A DNA stretch of 64,000 bases from Chiloscyllium plagiosum (lineage: Eukaryota), in the NCBI RefSeq assembly GCF_004010195.1, contig NC_057728.1, positions 49,337,065 to 49,401,064 on the forward strand. Direction: 5' to 3'. The translations under genes and the position numbers were made by a program. Under the pieces are notes generated by a model. The model had not been told where the DNA came from and made no database searches. It saw nothing but the letters and a program-made list of their open reading frames with translations. This document shows positions 13,793 to 26,164 of this stretch, piece after piece (within the stretch, counting starts at the first letter, position 1; each line of letters begins with the position of its first letter).

Positions 13793-15599
13793 CTATTTTT
13801 TTTTGATGCAGGTAATAAGTTGATTTGGCTGAGATCTTTTACTGTCACCAACATGAGCAGGCATCTGAAAGATGGCATCTCTGCCAAGGCATCACATACT
13901 CAGTGGTACATGTCAGCCTGGATTCCGTATCCAGATCTCAGAGTGTGCCTTGAACTCATGCCCATTCCGATACAAAATGAGAGTGATACATGCTGAAACT
14001 CAACTCTCACTGGTGCCCACTACATTCATTTTGCCTCTCAATCCTCACACCACCAAATGATCATGAACTGACCTTGCCTGTTGCAATTATTCCCAATCTC
14101 GCCTTCCCTGAAACAGAAAGACATTTGAGAGGCAGGGCTTACTAATTATTTCTGTAACTTTCAAAACTGCATTCAATAGGACTTTTAATATTTAAAAAAA
14201 TACTGCGAATACTGGAAACCTAAATAAAAACAGAAAATGCTGATGGCACGCAAAATGTCAGTCAGCTTGTAGAAACAGAAAAAAAAGAGATTAATACCTA
14301 AGGACCCACAACTGATAAATTAACCTGCCAGTTTACAGTGCAGTCTTGAGAAGAGAGAATCACACAACACTCTGGAAAGAACACAGCAGAAAAAAAACTT
14401 GAGAGAATAATAAAATTACAAAATCCATGAACAGGATAGTAGGTCAGGTAGGATCTGTGTAGGAGAGTGAAGTGAATGTGGGAGAAGATGTTTCCACCAA
14501 TGGCTGAATCTGGCACTAGGGAATGTAGTTACAGAACAAGAGGATACTCATTTAAAACTGAGATGCAACAAAATTTCCTCTCCAGGAGGATAGTGAATGT
14601 TGGGAATTTTCTCCCCCAGAGAGTTGTGGAGGCTTGACCACTGCAAGTATTTACAGAGGAAGTTGATAGAAATATCGAAGGGTTGAGTGTTCTGATGAAC
14701 TGGCATAAAAGAGGAGCTGAGACCAGGAGGAAATAAACCATGATCTTACAAAGTGGTGGGACTAGGCTTGAGGGGCCAAATGGCCTACTTTAGCATGAGG
14801 GGCAAAATGGCCTACTCTTGCTCCTATTTCTTAAGATATAAACATTTCAGACCTTTGAGAACCCCAATGAGCATCTCTCCTCAGAACCACTCAGCACCTC
14901 GACTTTATTTAGAATCTTCAGCATCTGCAGCATTTTTCTTTTTAGTCATGACTTTGAAATTCTCTAAATTTCCGTCAGGCTGGAGAAAGAGTTGGAGAGA
15001 AATAAAACTGCAATGACTGCTACCCGAAACCCAAACAGAAAATACTCATCAAATCTATACCTCTGCATGCAGATCGTATTGCACGATCTGATCAGTTCAC
15101 TTGAGGAAATCTGGGTTGAACTTATGCTCCCTATGATTTAACAGTGTTAGGTTTGAATCTTACAATGCTTGTTAATTATCACTCAAGATTGCATTAGAAA
15201 TACATTAATTAGAGGGCTTGTTGAAACTTGCCCTCTCTATTTAAAGATTTAATACTGGATAAAGAGATTTCAAATGGTTAATCCCTTTGGCAGCTCAACT
15301 GATTGAGCAGGTACATATATTTTCAGAAAAGTGCTGCTAAGCAGAATATTGCAGGTGCATTCAAAAGTTGAATACATCATGAAGAACAGGACATTTGATC
15401 ACTTTCAATCAGCAGGAAGTGCAGTGGCAGGATGCTGGGATTGCAGGTGACTGCTGCTTACGTTCCATTACGAGCTTCACATTGACACCGAGTAAAAATA
15501 ATTGCAATCTATGATACAGACTAACTACCATACAGTGCATCATCACTTGGGAGCCTTGGTCATTGCGATTACCTGTCAGATACACAAGCTCGTGTAATG

Positions 15600-15920
15600 T
15601 TATAATCAGAAAACTGCACCATTTACAACATCAGACCATCCAAAGGTGCTTTATAATGAAGTGCTTCTGAAGTGCAATCACAGTAATGTACAAATCACAG
15701 CAACCAATTTAGACACTGAAGCTCCTACAGATAGTGGTAACTAAAGGACCAAATTATCTGCTTTTTTTTTGGTCCTGATTGAGCAAGAAGCAGGACGTTG
15801 GGATTTTTATTTTACACTTTTTAAAGTAGTGCTGTGGAAGCTTTCATGTGCATCTGAGGGAGCAGTCAGAGTCTTAGCTTAGTATAGCCTCTAATGCTGC
15901 AACATTCCATCAGTATTGCA
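15600..15920 (-). mobile_element. Deu-domain SINE (SacSINE1/AmnSINE-like), degenerate
   Basis: Reverse complement of the Deu-type body and L2-like tail (..aagtacttcattggctgtaaagcgctttgggatg..). Further copies at ~17520-17735, 34350-34590, 40190-40440, 57990-58125. Confidence 0.6.
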
Positions 15921-15921
15921 C

Positions 15922-16492
15922 CTTTGGTCAGTGCATTGAGTATAGGAGTTGGGAAGTCATATTGTGGTTATACAGGACATTGGTTAGGCCACTTTTGGAA
16001 TATTGTGTGCGATTCTGGTCTCCCTCCTATCGGAAGCTTGAAAGGGCTCAGAAAAAATTTATAAGGATGTTGCCAGGGTTGAAGGGTTTGAGCTATAGGG
16101 AGAGGATGAATAGGCTGGGGCTGTTTTTACTGGGGTGTTAGAGGCTTATAAAATCATGAGGGGCAAGGATAGGATAAATAGACAAGATATTTTCCATAGA
16201 GTGGGGGAATCCCGAGCTATAGGGCATAGGTTTAGGGTGAGAGGGGAAAAATTTAAAAGGGACCTAAGGGGCAACTTTTTCACGCAGAGGGTGGTGCGTG
16301 TATGGAATGAGCTGCCAGATGAAGTGGTGGAGGCTGGTACAATTACAACATTTAAAAGGCATCTGGATATGAATAGGAAGAGTTTAGACAGATATGGGCC
16401 AACAGCAAATAGGACTAGATTAGTTTAGTCTGGTTGGCATGGATGAGTTGGATTGAAGGTCTGTTTCCGTGCTGTACATCTCTATGACTCTA
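15922..16492 (+). mobile_element. CR1 LINE 3' fragment
   Basis: YKIMRG.DRINRQ..GHRFRVRGEKFKRDLRGNFFTQRVVRVWNELP; (tctatgac) tail. Confidence 0.9.
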
Positions 16493-18753
16493 ATGTGCAG
16501 TATCCCAACAGGGACAATGTCATCATGAAAGATAATTTTGCACAGTCTTTTATTTGTGTAAGAATTGAACAAGATATTTTTGTTAAAATTATGATCACAT
16601 TTAATGGAATGCTTGATGTACTTTTTTGTTAATTATTCATTGTATGTTTGTGGGCAGCACTGGTAAGGCCAACATTAATTGTCCACTCTCATTTACCTTG
16701 AGAACATGGTGATGCCTTCTTAAACTATTGGTAGCAATTCAATAAGGTGCAATGATTCACCAGGCTACATCAAAGGACTTCTAAGAGTCAACCATGCTAG
16801 TTGTGGACTTAGGTCACTTATACCTCAGACTTCGTAATGTCAAAACATTTCTTTCCCAAAATGATAGTGTTAGAACCAATTGGATTTTTGTGACAATTCA
16901 ACACCTTCACTGTCCTTTTTGCTGATAGCGGCTTTTTTTAATTTCCAATCTTTTTAAATTGCTACAGGGGATTTGAACTCACTGAAAGATTGGTCTAATA
17001 GTATAACCACAATACACAACAAATTACATGACTTCGGGGAAATGTCTGCAAATAACATTTTGCCAAACATTTTATAATAAGGACAACACTTCTTTAAAAT
17101 TAATCTTTGTTCCCTAATGCTCTCTTTTATTAACCCAATGCTTTGACTCTCAGCTGAGAACCTTATAACATATTGTTCAAGAGATAGTTCTTTGCAAATC
17201 TGAAGATTAATTTGTAATGTTTTTTCTATCAAGTTTACAAGTTGAATCAAAGCTAACAAAATGTGTATCTAAGGACTGTTCTAGAAATGGCACAATCCCA
17301 GTAGTATATATCTTATTGTGGATGACTTTTCCAGAGCTGAATGATGCCAAAGCAAAGTTTTGACTCAAGTTTTAATAAGTTTAATAATTTTACAAAACAA
17401 TTAGTCTTGACTGAAGTGAGCATTTCAGTGGAGGTTCAGCAATCATCACTGGGATGTACAATGATTGTATAATCTCAGCCCTTTGCCCATCAAGGTATAT
17501 GCTGAAAGGTTGTCTTTCACTATGCCCTTGAGACTCCTTGAGTTCTGAAATGTCACAAGTTTAGAACATCCCAAAGCATTTTCCCACTAATGGATTTCTT
17601 TTCAAACTATAGTTACTGTTGAAATATAAGAAACTCAGAGCCAATGTGCATACACAAAGCTCCCACAGCCGTTTCATAAATGGCTCGATAACCTGTTCTT
17701 TGACATTAGTTGAAGGATAAATATTGATCAAGAGTTAGTGGAAACCTCCTGCCTTGAGTTTCTCTATTCTCTCCCAATTTCTCTCTTGCCTCTCCCAATC
17801 TCCCTCTTTCCCCTGCAGAAGTCTCCACTACACTCTTCTCATCTCCCCCTGTCTTTCCTGATTACAATGACCCCTCCTGGTCACTCCTCAACCCTATCAC
17901 AAAGCCCAGTTCACCTCCTCACCCACCAATTGCCCTGTACTTCCCCTTGTGGACTACTGTCAGCAATGAATGTGCCAAAACTCCAATGCCACTTTGTTGC
18001 AGGTTTCATTGAAATCGTGTCCAAGACCCAATATCTGCAAAATTTCTAAGCCATGGTCTGTGCCAACCATGGTGCTGGTCTACTACAGAATCACTGAGCA
18101 GAAAGAGGCCATTTGGCCCATTGTGCTTGCATCGGCTCTCCAATGAGCATCATTACTGATTGCCTTTCTTTTGCTTGTCGACATTAACGGTTTTGAGTCA
18201 AGTGCTGGAAAGTGGGATCAGTGTAGACAGATCAATGCAGGATTGATGGAACTAAAGGGCTTCTGTGTGGTTTAAGTCTGGACAACCCTATGTCTTTCTG
18301 TTCCTTTCTCCTTCATGTCTTTATCCAGTCATCTCAACCACTGATGCTAGAGTGTGTTAGCAAGCTCCACGTTTTTAAACACTCCCTCAGAAAAGACGTT
18401 TCTTCTGAGTCCACGATTGGATGTATTGGTAACCACCTTAATTTTTAAGGTTCTTAGAATTATTTAGAAATATGCTCAACAATCAAGTGGAAGACTTTTA
18501 CACATCTCAAGAGTCACACATTCTCTCTTTGCAGAAAGAAGGGATACGTGTGAATAAGGTTCACATTGTGAGTGAGTACGCCTAAACCCACTGACTCTTA
18601 CACTCAACAATCCCAAGGCCATTCTCCCTGAGATTAAGACAATACGCACTTAAATTGCCCTCTGAGAGGCAGACAGCAACCTGGCAAAATGTGGATTCCG
18701 TTTGGCCCAGCCTGGCTCTCCCTTCCCTGTGAAAGCGGACCCACCTTCCTTAC

Positions 18754-18907
18754 CTGGCGACCAGGATGCCCGGCCTGCGACGTGCGGCTGTGCCGTGGCG
18801 GCTCTCCTCGAAGCAGCGCCGTCCACCCGCAGGCTCAGCGACTCAGTCGGGGTTCCCCTGAGGCAGGGCCGGCTGATGGTGGGCAGCTTGACGAATGTGA
18901 CCGACAT
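18754..18907 (-). CDS. First coding exon of putative EFCAB6-like gene
   Basis: CpG-rich unique patch, Kozak caaggATGt, MSVTFVKLPTISRPCLRG...GRASWSP(G), donor CAG|gtaagg, phase 1 matching the 6553 acceptor. Confidence 0.7.
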
Positions 18908-18998
18908 CCTTGTGCACAGCTGGAGACAGGCACTGGCAGGTCAAACAAGCTGTGAGAGTCAGGCTGTGCATTAGCGTCAACAGCCTGTATAAGTTTGC

Positions 18999-19012
18999 GT
19001 TGCTACAGTAAC
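18999..19012. promoter_or_regulatory. RFX X-box
   Basis: GTTGCTACAGTAAC (minus: GTTACT-GT-AGCAAC) fits GTNRCY-N0-3-RGYAAC, ~90 bp upstream of the ATG. Forkhead-type GTCAACA at 18976-18982. Confidence 0.65.
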
Positions 19013-19509
19013 CTGCCTTACTTTGGACAGGCTGCCAGACACTGTATTCACTCCAACTACAATAGGTGTCAGATTGTCTGAGATATTTCTCTGTCTTGCT
19101 CGCTTTATTTTACATCAATACGGTATACGCAACACAGAAGTAGACCCTTCAGCCCAACAGGTCTATGCCAGCCTTTATCTCCACATGAGCTTCTACCTCG
19201 CAGTGAAAATGAACGTTTCAAAACAAAGCAGGAAAATGAGAGTCAAAATTGCTCAAGTACTTGGGATATGCCCTGGGACAGTAGGAACAATCCATGGTAA
19301 GACTGAAAAAAAAATCCAGTGTGCACCTTTCAGTGTCATACAGTGCAGAAACAGACTCTTAGGTCCAACTCGTCCATGTCAACCAGAATTGACCGCAGTT
19401 CTCATGTCCATTATAAATGGGACTAGCTTTATATTCCAGATTTATTCATTGAATTTAAATTCCACCAGCTTGTGTTGGGAGTTTTGTATCCATGTCAGCG
19501 GAAGCTAGC

Positions 19510-19862
19510 CCAATAACAGATTAGGAAGGGTGAGGAGCAGCTGTTCCCCTTAGTTGAAGAGTCAGTCATGAGGGGACACAGGTTTAAGGTAAGGGGCAGG
19601 ATTTTTAGTGGGGCTGTGAGGAATTTTTTTTTCCCCCAGACTGTGGTGATGGTTTGGAATGCACTGTCTGGGAGGCTAGTGGAGGCAAATTACCTGACAT
19701 GGTTTAAAAAGATACGTGGTTGAGCACTTGGCATGTCATAACATTCGAGGTTATGGCCCAAGTGCTGGTAAATGGGATTGGGTTAAAGATCAGGTATTTC
19801 TCACCTGTCGGTGCAGACTTGATAGGCTGAAGGGCATCGTGTGCGCTGTATGATTCTATGAT
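19510..19862 (+). mobile_element. CR1 LINE 3' end
   Basis: gaggggacacaggtttaagg..tggaatgcactg.. and (tatgattc) tail. Confidence 0.8.
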
Positions 19863-21029
19863 ATTACCGCTGAACCATTGATTACCCCAAATAGATCACA
19901 GATTTTTAATACTCTTTGGATATGTAAATGTGTAGTGAAATTCTTACTGGATTTATTAGTGTCTATATAAAAAAAAGCCTTCTAATTTTGGTCAACTCCA
20001 CAAATGAAAACATGGTTTAGATGTCAATCTAATGATTTCTCCATAATTTTAAAGGCATCTATCATATAATTCCTAAGCCTTGACTATTCTGGAGAGTTGA
20101 CAAAATAATGTGGATGTTGGATATCTGAATCATGACTAAGAAATATTGCAGAACAACAAATCATGGCTGCATTCTTATAAAAATGTGGGATCATTTCACA
20201 ATGTGAGAATGCCTCATACTTTAATTAGAATATAGCTGATCTTATCTCAGCTCCATTTAACTTAGTTCCATATTCAGTTGTCTGCAGCGGGCCGTGAGCC
20301 AATTGTGCTCAACCAGTCCTTGCTTGCAAAACTCAGAACAGAGTGTCCAATGTTATTCTGCAATTGGACAACATTTACCAATAATCCTAACTGCGTGAAG
20401 GAACCCAATTTAAGATTATCAGTTGGGCTCACAGTGGGATTCACTTGCAAATGCTATAAAGTCTGTATTTTCACACACAGGATCTTGTTTTTTGCAGCCA
20501 ATGGGAATATGTCCACACATTGCACCTTTTCTTTAAATGACAAACGGGTTATGGAGACAATCTGTCCTTGCTTCAAGCCCATCACAATAAACTGACCAAT
20601 CAGAGTCGATTTGCCTGCTTTGAATGTAATTATTTAACTGCAATTGGTAATTTGCAATCCCTGCTGCATCTCCATGCCAACCATAATTCAACTAATCAGA
20701 ACTCTCATCTTGTGTTGTATAGATTGTTGCTTCCTTGTAATTCTTGGTTTTCTTGTGTTTTGGTCCTGAAAGGTGCAGAATAAAAGGTTTCAACTTCACG
20801 CCTCTTGCTAGCAAAGTTCAAGTTCTGCATAACATTAGTTTCAAGCACTTAGTTCCACGCACCTTGATTCCTTTACCTTACAGAAATCCATCAATCTCAG
20901 TCTTTAATTTTTCCAATGACTTTGAGAATTTGCTGCTTTTTTGGGATGAGAGATGTAGATTTTCACAACTGCTGTTGGAAAATTATAGCCTCCAAGATTT
21001 CCATGCAAGACACAAACATTTTAGTGTAA

Positions 21030-21572
21030 AAGGGGTATTGCAGCAAGGACAGGGGCCCTTCAGCCTGTCATATCTGTACCAGTCATCAAGCATCTATCTA
21101 AACTAATCCCACTTCCCAGCCATTTGGCTGTGACCTTGTGTGACCTGACATTTCAAGTGTTTATCTAAATATCTCTTAAAAGTTGCAATCACCAGCCTAT
21201 GTTACCCTTTCAAACAATGCTATACACACCTCCCTCTGTTTGAAAAAAATAATCTTAAAACCCCTCTAAACTTTTTGCCCCTACCATAAATCTATGTCCC
21301 TGGTAACTGACCCCTCTACTAAGGGGGAAGTTTTATTTCTATTGACTCTATCAATGCCCCTCAAAATTTTGTACACTTCAATTAGCTCCCTTTCAGCTTT
21401 CTCTGCTCCAATAACTCCAGCCCATGTGGTCCATCTCTGTAGATAAGGCACTCCAGCCCAGGCAATGTCATGGTGAATATACTTGCATCCATTCCAGAGC
21501 AACCAAATCCTTCCTATAATCTGCAGATTGACATGCTAATGGTACTCCAGCTGTAACCTAAGCAATATTCTA
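21030..21572 (-). mobile_element. Degenerate CR1 LINE 3' fragment
   Basis: Minus-strand ELIEVYKILRGIDRVNR..PLVEGSVTR. Confidence 0.8.
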
Positions 21573-21575
21573 TTG

Positions 21576-22281
21576 AGCAGGAGCGGACACGGGACTGCTA
21601 GGTAAATGAGGCTTTACATTGGTGCGGTTGCTTTACCCGAAACACTACTCGGGTAGTGTCTCCCACCCGCCCTCCTCATCTAACCAAAAAAATGGTTCTG
21701 TGCGCCGATTGGTAAGGTGACTTTATTTTCTTTTAGTTTTTCAGTAGTCTCATTGGTACTTTAGAATAGTGGGGATGGAGGTTAAGGCCATTGAATGTCC
21801 CTCCTGCAAGATTCGATTAGATTAGATTAGATTAAATGTGGGAGGTAAAGGTCACCACTAGTGTCCCTGCTGACTGCATCTGTGAGAAGTGCACCCAACT
21901 CCAGTTCCTCGAAAACCGCGTTAGTGAACTAGAGCTGGATGAACTTCGGATCATTCAGGAGGCAGAGGGGGTTATTGAGAGGAGTTGCAGGGAGGTAGTC
22001 ACACCTCAGGTAAAAGATGAAGGTAGATGGGTTACCATCAGGTGAGGAAAGGGAACAGGCAGGCAGTACAGGGAACCCCTGTGGCCGCTCACCTCAACAA
22101 CAAATATACCGTTTTGTATGCTGTCGTGTGGGGGTGGAGGGGGGCAACTTACCAGGGGTAAGCAATGGGGAACAGGCTGCTGGTACAGGGTTTGTCCCTG
22201 TAGCTCAGAAGGGAAGGGGGAAGAGGAGCACAGCATTAGTCATTGGCAACTCCATAGTTAGGGGTACAGATAGGAGGTTCT
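21576..22281 (+). mobile_element. CR1 LINE 5' end: 5'UTR and ORF1 N-terminal half
   Basis: C-x2-C pairs (ECPSC..ICEKC), leucine zipper (LENRVSELELDELRII) and the start of the SGNH-esterase motif VIGNSIVRGTDRRF. Continues at 26165. Confidence 0.85.
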
Positions 22282-23520
22282 AGAACATAGAACATAGAAC
22301 ATAGAACAATACAGCACAGAACAGGCCCTTCGGCCCACAATGTTGTGCCGAACATTTGTCCTAGCTTAAGCACCCATCCATGTACCTATCCAATTGCCGC
22401 TTAAAGGTCACCAAAGATTCTGACTCTACCACTCCCACAGGCAGCGCATTCCATGCCCCACCACTCTCTGGGTAAAGAACCCACCCCTGACATCTCCCCT
22501 ATACCTTCCACCCTTCACCTTAAATTTATGTCCAATTGTAACACTCTGTTGCACCCGAAGAAAAAGTTTCTGACTGTCGACTCAATCTATTCCTCTGATC
22601 ATCTCATAAACCTCTATCAAGTCACCCCTCATCCTTCACCATTCCAATGAGAAAAGGCCTAGCACTCTCAACCTATCCTCGCATGACCTATTCTCCATTC
22701 CAGGCAACATCCTGGTAAATCTTCTCTGCACCCTCCCCAAAGCTTCCACATCTTTCCTAAAGTGAAGCGACCAGAACTGCACACAGTACTCCAAATGTGG
22801 CCTAACCAAAGTCCTGTACAGCTGCAACATCACTTCACGACTCTTGAATTCAATCCCTCTGCTAATGAACGATAATACTCCATAGGCCTTCTTACAAACT
22901 CTATCCACCTGAGTGGCAACCTTCAAAGATCTATGTACATAGACCCCAAGATCCCTCTGTTCCTCCACCTGACCAAGAACCCTACCATTAACCCTGTATT
23001 CCGCATACTTATTTGTTCTTCCAAAATGGACAACCTCACACTAGGCAGGGTTGAACTCCATCTGCCACTCCTCAGCCCAGCTCTGCATCATATCTAAGTC
23101 CCTCTGCAGCCGACAACAGCCCTCCTCACTGTCCACAACTCCACCTATCTTCGTATCATCTGCAAATTTACTGACCCACCCTTCGACTCCCTCATCTAAG
23201 TCATTAATAAAAATTACAAACAGCAGAGGACCCAGAACTGATCCCTGCGGAACTCCACTTGTAACTGGGCTCCAGGCTGAATATTTACCATCTACCACCA
23301 CTCTCTGACTTCAACCGGTTAGCCAGTTTTCTATCCAATTGGCCAAATTTCCCTCTATCCATGCCTCCTGACTTTCCGCATAAGCCTACCATGGGGAACC
23401 TTATCAAATGCCTTACTAAAATCCAAGTATACTACATCCACTGCTCTACCCTCATCCACATGCTGGTCACCTCCTCAAAGAATTCAATCAGACTTGTAAG
23501 GCAAGACCTACCCTCCACAA
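22281..23520 (-). mobile_element. Young CR1 LINE, 3' part (RT domain to tail)
   Basis: [39 protein letters not shown]; (ctatgtt)n tail at 22281-22310. Confidence 0.95.
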
Positions 23521-25147
23521 GGGTGCTGTGTCCAATTCAACACTGGCAAACCCACTCTAATACTGTATAATGCCATTACCAGTGTAGGGAGGATGGGAGC
23601 TATTTCAGTCACAGGTGATTCGGTTGGTTGTCGCATAATGGATCAATTCTTAACGGGGAAATGACTGTTATTCTTCACTTTTCTCCCTTCTCCGAAAATT
23701 ATGAGGGGTATGGATAGGGTAAATAGGCAGTCTTTTCCCAGAGGTGGGGGAGTCCGGAACTCGAGGGCATAGGTTTAGGGTGAGGGGGGGAAGGATATAA
23801 AAGAGGCCTAAGGGGAACCATTTTCACACAGAGGGCGGTAGTTTATGGAATGAGCAGCCGGAGGAAGTGGTGGAAGCTGGTACAATTGCAACATTTAACA
23901 TTTAAGTCAACTTCCCTGCAGTCGATGCAGTTGAAGTCAAAATAGGTCTCTGGCGCTGTTCGGCAGCAGCGCTCACCAGTGAACCACCGTGCGGACCTGC
24001 AGCAAAATTGCAAGTCACATGCAAACACGCGTGAAATGCGATTCCTATCAGAGATGCTCTGCTTCTGTTGTTTTCCCTGTCAGGAATAATAAATCCTGAT
24101 TCCCTGACCAGGAAATGAACCCAAACCACAATGGTGGAAGTGCTGAATCATAACCGCTAATCAACCAGTTTGTACGGCTTGTGCAAATGCATCTTCTTTT
24201 CACATAATAGCTTTGTTTTCCTGAGATGAGAAGTTTTTCCAAAAAAAATTTCGTGACACACGTGGTTTTACAGCATAGAATAATGCACGATGTCAGTTCC
24301 AGTCATCAAACATCCATACGTTCTCATTTCCAGTTTGCAGTGCTTGGCCCGCAGTCTGGCGTCTGAAGTGATCATCTGAATGAGACTTTCCCTGCAAACC
24401 ATTAACCTCAAATGAAACAACGTATGAGAGTGAAGTCAGAATCGGTTAAATTTGTTCGTGACACAAAAAAGAACTGGACCTCATTTTTACCCATAGAGGG
24501 AAATGTACAGACATATCTCGCGAGCGTGACAAAGGCCTCAGTAGAGACCGACTTTATGACGAATTTCACCATTTGGCTTCTTCTTCCTTTACTTTAGACT
24601 TTAAAACCCGAGCCTTTAAAAAGTAAGCAAAGTGGTAAACAGGCAGCAGCCTGCCATTCGAGGACAGGCCCAGCCATGAAGAATTGATACATGCTGAAAG
24701 TTGAGCTCCTGAGGCAGCCTGGCTTCCTGTGATCTTGCAGCCTCCTGCCTGTTTACTTTGGATTTCGTCGTTTAACGAAACAGAAACATAAAGCCGCTTC
24801 CCTGTACGCTTCCTCCCCAACTGTTTCCCCGTTTCTCAACAGCATCTACAGTCTCACTGCCAAACTGGAGCATTCTTCGCGTCAGCTGCTTGTTATTCTC
24901 ATGTTTATCGAAGTGGAACACAGAAGTGGAATTGCAAACTCAAACAGATTAGCCCTGGAGAGACTGGCTTCACGGTTTTTCATCAGAAAGAATTCCGAAC
25001 AACAGTGAGAAAGCACCTTCGGATGTTTGCTGCAGTGTATGTGACAAAACGCAGCAAAGCCCCAGTGGGACTCGAGCTCATGGCCACTGGCAAACGAGGC
25101 TAGAGCTCTGATCACTGAGCTGCGGAGGCACGAGCGAAAGTGGTGCC

Positions 25148-25162
25148 TTTATACTGACATCA
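25148..25162 (-). promoter_or_regulatory. Possible TATA box with adjacent CRE/ATF-like site
   Basis: Minus strand TGATGTCA-G-TATAAA-GG in a CpG-enriched unique segment. Confidence 0.35.
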
Positions 25163-25591
25163 CAATGATGACCTCTTGCAGAACAAACTCCATCAACCGA
25201 CGTTTGTGATGCAACCTAAGTTTTGTGGTGTAAAATACTACTTGAAACCTACTTGTTTGATCACTAGTTTGACATAACACTTTGTCAGCTTCCCAATATC
25301 TCGTTATGCGACTGCGATCAGAATTTGCTTAAACTCCCTTCAGAGGAAAAACGTTGAAATTTCCAGTGTATGAAAGGCACGATGCAGTATTGATACAAAT
25401 TACTGGCGTTGATTTGAACACGTATCACAGTTCTTCTTCATCACTTGGTGAGTAACCCGTTTCGTAACGGCATTATGAGATCTCCTTAATGAAGGGATCT
25501 CATGCTTTATGGCCTTGATGTATGAAATTTCGGGCGCCAGACATAAAACAGTTAAAATCGAGCATGATCAAAAGGTTGGAATTCGAGGGAA

Positions 25592-25844
25592 NNNNNNNNN
25601 NNNNNNNNNNNNNNNNNNNNNNNNNNNNNNNNNNNNNNNNNNNNNNNNNNNNNNNNNNNNNNNNNNNNNNNNNNNNNNNNNNNNNNNNNNNNNNNNNNNN
25701 NNNNNNNNNNNNNNNNNNNNNNNNNNNNNNNNNNNNNNNNNNNNNNNNNNNNNNNNNNNNNNNNNNNNNNNNNNNNNNNNNNNNNNNNNNNNNNNNNNNN
25801 NNNNNNNNNNNNNNNNNNNNNNNNNNNNNNNNNNNNNNNNNNNN
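25592..25844. other. Assembly gap (253 N)
   Basis: Run of N. Confidence 1.
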
Positions 25845-26160
25845 AGCGGTATACCTATTGTTTAGGGGAATGACTACAGGGGATCCCTGCACTGCCTGCT
25901 TCCTCCCCTTCCCACCTCTAACTGTTACCCAGCTACCTCTGTTCTCTGGCGTAACTATGTCCCTGTAGCTTCTATCTATCACCTTCTCAGCCTCTCGAAT
26001 AATCCTCAGTTCATCCAACTCCAGTTCCAGTTCCCTAACTCGTTCTGTGAGGAGCAGAATCTGATTGGCATTTCCTGAGATGAAGTCGGCAGGAGTATCG
26101 GTGGTCACCCCTACCTCAAACATCCGGCAGGAGGAACATTCCACTGCCTGCGCTGCCCTT
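25845..26160 (-). mobile_element. CR1 ORF1 N-terminal part (probable 5' end of the 22281-23520 element)
   Basis: ECSSCRMFEV..LLTERVRELELELDELRIIREAE..IPLNNRYTA. Confidence 0.85.
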
Positions 26161-26164
26161 ACTC

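Noticed and set aside
18754..19012. Internal exon from the AG at 19013 with an in-frame TGA (selenocysteine idea)
   Set aside because: Poor polypyrimidine tract and no SECIS seen. The ATG frame and the X-box explain the region better.
25500..26144. ORFs spanning the N gap
   Set aside because: Artefacts of translating Ns.
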